Below are positions 27,330 to 37,053 of a stretch of 64,000 nucleotides of DNA, piece by piece (position 1 is the first letter of the stretch; each line of letters opens with the position of its first letter). Origin of the DNA: Conidiobolus incongruus B7586. Taxonomy: Eukaryota. The notes beneath the pieces were generated by a model that worked only from the letters and a program-made list of their open reading frames with translations, made no database searches and had not been told where the DNA came from. The stretch is from contig JNEM01013441.1 in NCBI GenBank assembly GCA_000697335.1, positions 1-64,000 on the forward strand, given 5' to 3'. The position numbers and the translations under genes were made by a program.

Positions 27330-28180
27330 GGTGTAAATTAAATGTATATCATTAGATAAATAGATATTTATCATTATTTTAAACTTCCAACTAATGTCCG
27401 CCCAAACTGATGATTTTATTCTGAAAAGATTACTATTTTTGGTCTTGATAGAGGTCTGTAATCCTTTAATTGCCTTGCTTTGATCGATTAAATTCTTGTT
27501 ATAGAGAAAATTCAGACTATGAAATAAATGGTAATTCAAAGGTACAATATTGGGCGAATAGGTTTGGTGTTTTAACACTTTATCCTATTTAAATAAGAAC
27601 TTCTTTGTTGCCTTGAATATATATTAGTTTGTATTGTCATAATGGTACAAAATTGATTTAGTTTTTAATTTCTTTTTATACTTTTTCTTACAATATTTAT
27701 CAGACTAATTGGTGATTGATATAATAAACTTGATGGTTTGATTCTCTAATAGGACATCAAATATATGGACTCCTCAATGTCCCAACCTGTCTAAGGTTTT
27801 TTTGGGAATTAAAACGCTTTTTGTGCTACATTAGTTCAGATTCTGTTTTCGTCTATTAATGCTGCCTGATGATATTTTCATATATCACATATTTTTCATA
27901 AATAATGATTTTAAATTGATATAAACCTTATTTGAATAATGTACAGAGATTCTTAACACAGCACTGAAATCATTGCTGTTTATTTTGTTTTGTGAGTTTA
28001 TGTGATACCCATTGACATGATTTCTGAATATATTTTAATTTTCTCGAATATCATGACATAGTTGAAATATCAAAATACAAATTATTTGACATTCGCAAGT
28101 TTAAATTTGAGTTCTTTTTAACAAATCCAATCAGTTTATTATCATCTATAGCAAAGTTATACCTAAATATTAATCATCAT
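27330..28180 (-). pseudogene. Second mariner transposase relic (frameshifted, internally deleted); boundaries approximate
   Basis: Minus-strand fragments QWVSHKLT (WVPHEL), WDIE/GVHIFDVLLENQTI, ILYHYDN and LKHQTYSPNIVPLNYHLFHSL (LPHPPYSPDLAPSDYHLF), in the correct order. Confidence 0.85.
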
Positions 28181-28516
28181 AATTATTGGAATTAAGATTT
28201 TTAAACCAAGTTTATAAATTATATAAAGATATAACTTTGTAATTATATGCTAAACATATTTCCCTATATACTTGTGTAGGTTTATTTTGTTGATCAAATA
28301 TTTCAATAATTATGAAAAATTATTAAACAATATCCAATAATATAATTTCAAAATAATTTTAAAACTTTAAATTTATTCCAGTTACTTTAGTATCTCTAAA
28401 ACCATCAAATTATAGTATAATATATATAATTCAATTTGATAGCATTTACGCAATATTCTATTGAATCAAATAATTATTAATTCTATCATTTCTATTCATT
28501 CCATTCAGCAAATTAG

Positions 28517-30384
28517 TTAGTGCTTGATTAAGTATTCGTTAATTCTTCTTAAAGTGTGACTACTTGGGTTTGCCTATAGAAAAAAAAATTAATATCTAAC
28601 AAAATAAGGAAATATTAATATATCACTTTGATTCTATATCTCATAATAAATCTCAGACAATAATTGATAAATTGTTTGTCAAAATGGGCATTAGGTTGTT
28701 GAAGATTTAATGTCACTATAATCACTGAATTAGTATAATGCTAAATAGTATATTAAATATTAAATTATTACTGTCTTTGGTCAAATAAGTTGCTATAGTA
28801 ATTAATGCCATGCCCACAGATCTATCCACACCTAATTAAAATTAGCGTCAACGATAGTAAATAATAAAACTGATTTACCTTGTGCACAGTGAAACAAAAC
28901 CTTTTGACCATTCTTCAAAGGTTCTTTAACAAATTCCAACATTTTTGGAATACAGTTAAAGAATTCATACTGTCCTTTTTTACCTTCTGGTATGTTTAAA
29001 TATAAATAACGATTTTGGAGGTCTTCCGACGGTAGACTTGTCGGCATTTCGGAGTATTCGAGATTGCAGCAATTGATAATAATGTCAAATTGGGACCAGC
29101 AGTTTGGAGGTTTTCCTATTTAAACATTTAATTAGGCTGATTTTTATAATTATGTAATGTTAATTACCTGCTTGTCTTCCTCCGATCGCTATATTAGTAT
29201 TCCCGATAAAATCGAAATAACTATTATTAGAGTCATTACTATTTAACTCTTCCTCATTCCAACTTTGGACCAGTTCTAAAACCAACACCTCCAAATCCAA
29301 GGGGCTGGCATTCAAAATCTGATCAACATTAGACCAAAAACATTTTGGGACGAGTCCCAAACTCCACGTCTCTTCGTCGTCGCCAGCACCTTGGACATAG
29401 TCGAAAGGCACATGACAATCTACGACTTTTGTGCCCAGTTGGCTTGTCGAAACACAAAGTATCGGGTAGTAGTCAGGAGATTGAAAACTCGGGATAAAAT
29501 CTTCGAGGAATGGGGTCTCCGGCGATATCCATATAGGTCTTAGGGGTTTGGTTATTAAATGAGCGATTGGGGAAAGATCTGTCGACTATTCATTATATTA
29601 ATATATCATCATATTACAAATATCTATTAAAAATTACCATTAGTTTGTCAACTAGTTCTGGTAATTTTAACTCAATTGAATGAGCTTCCTCTGGAGATAC
29701 AATACTGGGAACGTGATGAAAACTTAGATCCCAATCCTTAGAATAATGTTCAAGATCTATAGTGTGAAAATACTTTTGAATACATCGATTCAAAACACAA
29801 CACCAAATCGGGATAGTTTTAGATTGTGCGTCCGAGAATTGTTTACCCTTTTGTGTTGAATCAAATATTATTAATCTAACAATAATCAATAACTATATAT
29901 ATATATATATATATAATCTATGAGCTAATATACCCTTTATATTCTTTTATGAGACTTAATAAATGAAAATTAGTTCTAACCAAACTAAAATCCCATTTAC
30001 CGAAGTGGCCATCAGTTGATTTAAAATAACATTCGTTTAAAACCCTCTAACCAACCAGTTAATTATATTGAATAACAATATTTAGTTAATATTACTTTTC
30101 TAGGGTTTATGTACCAATTACCACATCTCAAATTACCTAGACTCAATGAATATTAAATTACTATAAAATTTATACAGTATTTTACCTACTATACCAAATT
30201 CTGAATAATTTTCAATTATAAAATCGACGAATTGGGAATCATAATAAATGGAATGTAATCGATTATATCTATTCAATAATTAGTAATAAATGATATTAGG
30301 GAATTTATATATTTACAAAGATTTTTTATCTTTTTTAATATTTCTGAAAGTTTTATTGAATTTAGAATTAGATTCGAATGCCAT
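28517..30384 (-). CDS. RIT1: Initiator tRNA 2'-O-phosphoribosyl transferase (Rit1), multi-exon
   Basis: NLRCGNWY, YFKSTDGHFGKWDFS, DSTQKGKQFSDAQSKTIPIWCCVLNR, YVQGAGDDEETWSLGL, and a C-terminal DSP-like HCAQG. Confidence 0.92.
29894..29915. repeat. (TA)n microsatellite in a Rit1 intron
   Basis: About 11 TA units, read directly. Confidence 0.85.
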
Positions 30385-30599
30385 TTTGACAGATATTTTA
30401 ATAAATTAATTAAAATATAAAAGTATATATTTTGAAGGTTTGATTAAATTTATTAACAAAGTGTTATGATAGAATTTATGGGATCAACATTAATACATGT
30501 GAATTAATAATTAAAAAGAAAATATTAAAAATAATAAATATAAAAATTTAAAAAAAAATAAGGAGTAAGCATTATATTATTAAAATTATATAAAAAATT

Positions 30600-31994
30600 T
30601 TAACACAAATCATAAACTTTAACATAATCAATAGCGAAAGCTCTGGACAAATCCTCCTTCCAAGTAGGTCCCCACTGAGAATCCTTACTATTCCAGAATT
30701 TACGGGCTGCAATATCCCCAGAATCCGAATTCTGCCACGGTTTATTTCCCACACCATCTGGGAAGTAACCATTATTCGTACCGACTGCCAAGTTGATGAT
30801 CAGGTAGAATTCTTGGTCAAATGGAGCTGCTGGCTCCCACTCCGATTGCTCTCCCGACCATGGGTTCACAGTAGTGTTGGCGTATTTGCCCTTGTCGAAG
30901 AACGATTTGCTAGGTCGGTAGAAATCGGGATCAGGTGGGGTATTGAGAGCTTCGCGGTACGTCGTTTGATAAGCGTTCTTGCCCACGAAATCAATTTCTA
31001 GGATGGGTTGATCGTCCACGAAGGTTTTAATGCCCCATGGTGTCCATTCTAAAACATAGTTGTGGAAATTGTTATTTTCTCCCGCGGTACTGTTGGGATG
31101 GAGAAGTGGATGGTCGACCCTCCGATGGTATCTAGAGCGCTCAGAGTTAGGGATTTTTACGGATGCTGTGGTTTTTGCAAAATTACTTCTCGTCCAATCT
31201 ATTCCCCAATGTAATGTGGACCTTACGATGTTGTTACCTTCGCCGCCCTTGTAAGTCTCGGGACGATTTCCTCTAGATTCCAATAGATCGATTTCGCCGC
31301 TGGATGGCCAGGTGCCGTAAGCTTGACGCCTTGGTAGTAGCCAAATCGCAGGCCACAACCAATCCCCTGATGGCAACCTTGCACGAATATCGATCTTACC
31401 ATATTTGATGGTAAACGAGTCTACAGAGCGTATCAATGCACTTTTAATTGGATTGACAATTGCACCAGTCTTCGCATCGGATTTCTTCTTACATCCATTA
31501 AACAAAGCACCCGTACATTGTGAAGGCGGATCATTCCCATTCAGATCCACCTCCATATCATTCAATAGATGCTTGACTTCCTCCGGAGTATTCGCCGTAA
31601 ATGTCGGATATAGATACAGGATGCCGTTCTTAATGAAAGAATTGGTGCGGTTGTTAATATACATCTGAAATTCGTTGTTACCGCCTCCCCCGAGGGTAAT
31701 ATCGTGACGCCATCTGTTTAAGTCCAGAGTTTTGAAATTGTCTTCGAGTTTCGGGCACCATTGAGCTTTCAGGTTAGAACTTCCACTTCGAATTTCTTCA
31801 AAGTACTTTTGGTAATTGTGACTGTTCCCAAACATGGTGGATTTTGCAGGTTGTTCTGATAGAGGTTCATTATAATGGTAAGATAGTGGAGGAGGTGAAT
31901 TGAAATGGTAATAGCCATAAGGCCTACCGGCATTTACCAATGCACTATTTGACCAAATAAACAATATTAAAACATCACAAAAATTGAGCATCAT
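30600..31994 (-). CDS. GH16 beta-1,3-glucanase / beta-glucan-binding protein-like, probably secreted; intronless
   Basis: GGGNNEFQMY, GDWLWPAIWLLP, WPSSGEIDLLESRGN (intact ExDxxE), APFDQEFYLIINLAVG, IDYVKVY. Hydrophobic N-terminus from the ATG at 31994. Confidence 0.92.
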   Translation of the reverse strand: MMLNFCDVLILFIWSNSALVNAGRPYGYYHFNSPPPLSYHYNEPLSEQPAKSTMFGNSHNYQKYFEEIRSGSSNLKAQWCPKLEDNFKTLDLNRWRHDITLGGGGNNEFQMYINNRTNSFIKNGILYLYPTFTANTPEEVKHLLNDMEVDLNGNDPPSQCTGALFNGCKKKSDAKTGAIVNPIKSALIRSVDSFTIKYGKIDIRARLPSGDWLWPAIWLLPRRQAYGTWPSSGEIDLLESRGNRPETYKGGEGNNIVRSTLHWGIDWTRSNFAKTTASVKIPNSERSRYHRRVDHPLLHPNSTAGENNNFHNYVLEWTPWGIKTFVDDQPILEIDFVGKNAYQTTYREALNTPPDPDFYRPSKSFFDKGKYANTTVNPWSGEQSEWEPAAPFDQEFYLIINLAVGTNNGYFPDGVGNKPWQNSDSGDIAARKFWNSKDSQWGPTWKEDLSRAFAIDYVKVYDLC

Positions 31995-32709
31995 TCCAAA
32001 GATCAAAACTATAACAAAATTTTCTACAATATATTATATCCACATCTTTTAAATCACTGGAAAAAGTGGCAAATTCGACGATATTTAAATTTATGGCTCA
32101 ATTCAGTTTGAAAATGCCTAAATTGTTCAAAATTTTTTTGTGGTTAATGTCATTTTAATGTCTTATTGATCATCTCATCAATAACTTAATTTGGAAAATG
32201 AATTCAATTTTATTTCTTTTTAATCATCTTCTATACAGTTATTATGATTATTTGATAATTTTAAAGTTCATATTGAAGGCTTATTATTTTAGATGATCAT
32301 TTTATAAAGATAGCTGTAGTCAGAATTTCCACTGGTTATAAGCACGCCTGTCAATATTTAATAAAGACTTACATAAATTATCACTTGCAGCACAGATACT
32401 TGGGTTGTTAATGTTGATTATGACATTTGATTTTCAATCTAATTTTAATATCAATTTATCTATGTTAATTATATTCTATTCAAATTTTTTCAAGTCTTAA
32501 ATCCTTTGCTTTATTTATTCTTTGAATACTTGGATTTTTAATATTATATATTGAGTTACTCTTATTATTTTTCACTTAGTATAAATATTAAATATTTCTT
32601 AATAAACTCAATATCATTTTAACACAAACTTTTAATAAATTTAATTTAATTTTATTTATTGTCAATATAGTTGTTTGAAGTTGGTAAAGTTAATTTAATC
32701 TTGTCAATA

Positions 32710-33420
32710 CTAATTTCCTTTACATATAAATTAAAGACTAACATTATCTTGCTATTATTACACTTCGTGAACTTTATCTTTGCACTTTAATACTATTTAA
32801 AGAGTGATTACCAAGTCTTAAGTGGAATGTAATAAAAGAGGAATTCTGGCCTTTTATCCTGATATACAGGTTTTTATAATACGTTACTCTCCTTTTAATT
32901 TGTATATTAAATCAGGAAAAAAATATTGCGAGAGTTTATTTTCACTGTCATGCTTATCAAAAAATAGAAAAGAAATTGCCTCAAAAAGAAATTAGCTATA
33001 AATAATAATACAAGCTAGAAAGGGAGCTGAAAAAATTAAAGATTTCAAAGCTTGTAAATAAAATACACAAAAAAATTTCATTATTGAAAATATCAGTGTT
33101 TGGTTTCTTGAATGAGGCTTTAAGGATGGTAAAAAAGTGAATATACTATTGAGAGTAAAAATATATCGGCAATGTTAAGACGGTCTTATTACAAACTTAA
33201 GCAATGCTTACTAAAAAAATAAGAGAATACCCTTGGTACAAGGTAATCATTTACAACAAATATCATACATTCAAAATATATGGTAATTGTGGATATTTGC
33301 ATATATAACTTAAATCAAGTAAGACTTTCGAATGTCCTCAATATCATTCAAAGATGGATTGGGATGTCAATATTGCTGGAAACATACGCCTCGACTATTT
33401 AATAGTCAATAAGCCAGTCT
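32710..33420 (+). pseudogene. Fanzor2 / IS607-type TnpB RNA-guided nuclease relic (C-terminal two thirds)
   Basis: Manual translation across frameshifts: LRELYLC, RGILAFYPDIQVFIIRYSP (RuvC-I, GxxALDPGxRTFxTxYSP), KISKLVNKIHKK, IESKNISAMLRRSYYKLKQCLLKK, IREYPWYKVII, HTFKIYGNCGYLH*LKSSKTFECPQYHSKMDWDVNIAGNI (Zn ribbon plus RuvC-III DRDxNxAxNI). Confidence 0.85.
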
Positions 33421-33495
33421 TCTATGGTTGGTGTTAAGGCTTACCCTTTAAGATCTCTGGACTATATACATGCCTTGGATAAGTTTAATTATCAA
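33393..33495 (+). ncRNA. Candidate degenerate omega-RNA (Fanzor guide scaffold) overlapping the ORF 3' end; extent uncertain
   Basis: Three consecutive hairpins just after RuvC-III: GACTA-TTTAA-TAGTC, GCCAGTC-TTCTAT-GGTTGGT (G-U rich) and AAGG-CTTAC-CCTT. This is where TnpB/Fanzor scaffolds are encoded. Confidence 0.4.
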
Positions 33496-34089
33496 CATAT
33501 AGTTCAAATACTTTTAAATAATCTTAAGGCAAATTGTAAATTTTATTTGGAAATAGGATCAATTAACAATTTGTTTCTCAATATACTAATAATTTCCCTC
33601 ACTTTGTAAACTTAATTATTTTGAGACTTAATCGAATATAGTTGCTTTTAATCTATCATTAATGAAATCTTATTAAAATAAGAGATCTTGCTGAACTAAG
33701 GTTGACTATAGAGAATTGACATTGAAATAAAAGATTTAAAATTGATGCATTGAAAGAACATATTATTGTATACAAGTAAATTGAACAATAAATCATATGT
33801 ATTTGTATATAATATATTTTATTTTAATATTTTTAATTAATTGATTTCCGAATATTATTATTCAATTTGTAATATTTGTACAAATTATAATTGCAAAACT
33901 TTAAAAATGATAGGTTATAATCCAGATTTCAAAATCTATTAATAATTCTATTTTTAATCTTCCCTTCACTTAATTATCCCATAAAGTTCGATCTATCGAT
34001 TATAACAAGAATCAAAACAATTAATACCAATCAAAAATACACATCACATTTCCCAATCACGTCCTTAATGGTTAAATCAATAAGACAAC

Positions 34090-35257
34090 ATGAATCGATT
34101 AATACATGCAAAATTATTAACTAAAATACCAAAGAGATATAATCAATCATTACTTAATATCAATCATTGTAATTTTGTAATATATCAGCTACCTTCAATA
34201 CTTCAATCTGCTAATTATGCATCGTTGAGATATAATGGTAATTATTACTGAGATTGAATTGATTAAATAAATTTAAGAATTGAAATAGATGACCGTTCTG
34301 ACTACAGATCCCGAAGAAGAATACAACCCACAAGATATACTGTAAATAACAGGACACAGTACGCAACGCCTCAAGTCACTGTAACCAATGTTCCAGAACC
34401 AAGTAACTCGGTGATTCAGGTTCATGACCCTGCTCACTATATTTTAGCTCATGGATCCCTTGGAGTTGCTAGACAGTTGGAAATGTTGAATGTGTTTTTG
34501 GTAAGTTGATTTATAAGTATCGAAATGATCATAATCCTAATAAATAATCAGGGATACGAGCAAGCCAATAGATATATTATTCATGATCAATATGGCAACA
34601 ATGTAGGTCTCATAGCCGAAAATCAAACCCTGTTATCTACAATTTCGAGACAATTCCTAAGAACGCACCGTCCCTTCAGTGCCGTTATCATGGATTTAAA
34701 CGGGAACGAAGTGCTCAAGGTGCGCCGTCCCTTTTGGCTCATCAATTCCAGAATTACGATCTCGACACCCGACGACAGAGTGATTGGCGAAGTGCACCAA
34801 ATCTGGCATCTCTGGCGACGTAAGTACGAATTGTTTGTTGGTAGGGACCAATTTGCAATGATTGATGCGCCCTTCCTTTCATGGGACTTCAATTTGGTAG
34901 ATAGAGATGGTGGTTTATTAGGATTTATTACTAAGAATTTTACTGGATTTATGAGAGAAGCAATAATATATTAATTATTATGTTATGGTATTATATTAAC
35001 ATATAATTTTAGATCTTTACAGACACCAGTCATTATGGTCTAGTTATGGATTCTCTACCCAACTCTTCAAGAAGTTTGACACTTGATGAACGTGCCGTAG
35101 CCCTCGCTACTGCAATTACGTTGGACATTGATTATTTTACAACTAGTTCGGGTCATAGTCATATGTAAGTTTTAACCATTTATTGATTTGATGCGATTAA
35201 TTAATTATTTGGTTTAGGCCTTTCTTCTGGTACTTTAGCAGTGATTCCTCAGATTGA
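34090..35257 (+). CDS. Phospholipid scramblase family protein (mitochondrial Aim25-like), multi-exon
   Basis: RQLEMLNVFL/GYEQANRY, RQFLRTHRPF, RRPFWLINS, IGEVHQIWHLWRRKYELF, IDAPFLSWDF, LDERAVALATAITLDIDYF. Confidence 0.9.
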
Positions 35258-35631
35258 TCAAGCCATTAAAGCTCATCTAAAAATATCATATTACAATGTT
35301 TATTTATTTTCTTCGAAAAATCACTATTATTAGATACCCGATAATCATTTTGTTTAACTGATTTAGTTAAAATTTGAGATTTTAAAATAAATAAAAATAA
35401 TACAAAGTTAAAATATAAAATAGTGAAATTAAATATTATGAAGAAAAGTGAATTGACATTGAAAATATTGCAAAGTATTAAAATAAATTTATATAAAACA
35501 AACGCTTTGAAAAATATAAAAATAATTAAGGGATATGAAATAATTGCAATTAAGAGAAAAAAATAAAGTTTGAGATGAAAATATTAATTTATTAAGGGTT
35601 TTAAATTAATTTTTGATGGGCAATCGATTAG

Positions 35632-35712
35632 GACAAGATGGCCGAGTGGTTAAGGCGTGTGCCTAGAAAGCACATGGGATTTCCCGCGTAGGTTCAAATC
35701 CTGCTCTTGTCG
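35632..35712 (+). tRNA. tRNA-Ser (AGA)
   Basis: GACAAGA/TCTTGTC acceptor stem, TGTGC-CTAGAAA-GCACA anticodon arm, long variable arm, GGTTCAAATCC. Confidence 0.95.
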
Positions 35713-36332
35713 TCATTTACTTTTTGATTTCAATTATTTGTTTCCATTTTTATTAACTATTCAAGTACTTTAAAATAATAATTATTTTTCGAATTTCAAA
35801 TTAATTTTTATTTCAATACGAACTCGTGCTTTATTTTCCATCAATAATTTAGTTGTGTTTGAATATATCACTATTACACTTTAATTATTATATTTTTATG
35901 TTATAATTATTAAATTTAAATTTCCATTATACATTTAATATTTGGATTATATTAAAAACCTGTGCATATATTTATATATAACGTTTCTTGAAACATATAA
36001 TATTATATATTCCAAATAATATGTAATTTTTACAAAATTAAGAAATTATTTTTTATTAAAAATTAAGTAGTATTCTATTTAACAAAAAATCATTATTCTG
36101 AAATGTATATTGATATTAATTTTAATATTTGCAATAACAAAAAATTTTTGTACTATATGAAAATTAAAACAATTGGAAAATTTTAACAGTTATAGAATAA
36201 GTATAAAGATTTAAATAAAAATTGGGGTAAAAGATATAGTATTTATGTGAAAATAATAATGTTAATATTATAATAACTTGTCAGTCAATATAAGTTGAAA
36301 ATTATTTAAAAAATAAGATATAAACTTTAGTC

Positions 36333-36404
36333 CTCTCCGACTGGGAATTGAACCCAGGTCACCCGCGTGACAGGCGGGGATACTCACCACTATACTATCG
36401 AAGA
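36333..36404 (-). tRNA. tRNA-Asp (GTC)
   Basis: The reverse complement TCTTCGATAGTATAGTGG...CCCGCCTGTCACGCGGG...GGTTCAATTCCCAGTCGGAGAG folds as a cloverleaf. Confidence 0.95.
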
Positions 36405-37053
36405 TTAAATATAAATAATACCCACATTAGATTAATTCGATTATAAATTAATAGTTTATTATAATATTTAATATGCAAATTATTTATTTTAACTAGATTA
36501 TGTCCATGACTAATAAAATTTCTCGATATTTACTTTCACTTTATTTTATCAATTTTTTTTCAATATATTTCTTCCATCATTATCTTCTTTTTATTTTTAA
36601 ATTTTCTAAAAATTTTCATTATCTTTTCTTATTTCAATATTTAATGAAAAATAATATCAAATAATTTGATTTTAATGAAGCTAAATATTATCAAAATATG
36701 GATTCTAAAAAGTAAAATGGTTACTATCATTATACTTTTCAATATCATTTATTCAACAACATAGTTCATTATCTATAGAGCTTTGAGGTTATTTCGATTA
36801 TAATTGTCAAAATTTAAAATAGGCAAGTTATAAAATCATCATATATTCGAAATGATGAAAAATTGATATTGAGCCTAAAAAAATTAAAATATTGGATACA
36901 TTGATAAAATTATCCCACAATTGAATAAATTGAATTTTCATTTATTTATGGACTAATCAAGTGGGTCAGGAGAATGACTAATCATTGATATTAATAATAT
37001 AATTCATTTTACAAAATTATAAAAATTAAAATATATAGACAGACAATCTCAAA

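Noticed and set aside
32300..32430. VRIST peptide as a possible IS607 serine recombinase (YxRVS) remnant upstream of the Fanzor relic
   Set aside because: It is only a 4-5 residue resemblance with no downstream recombinase motifs, and the region is more simply the GH16 promoter.
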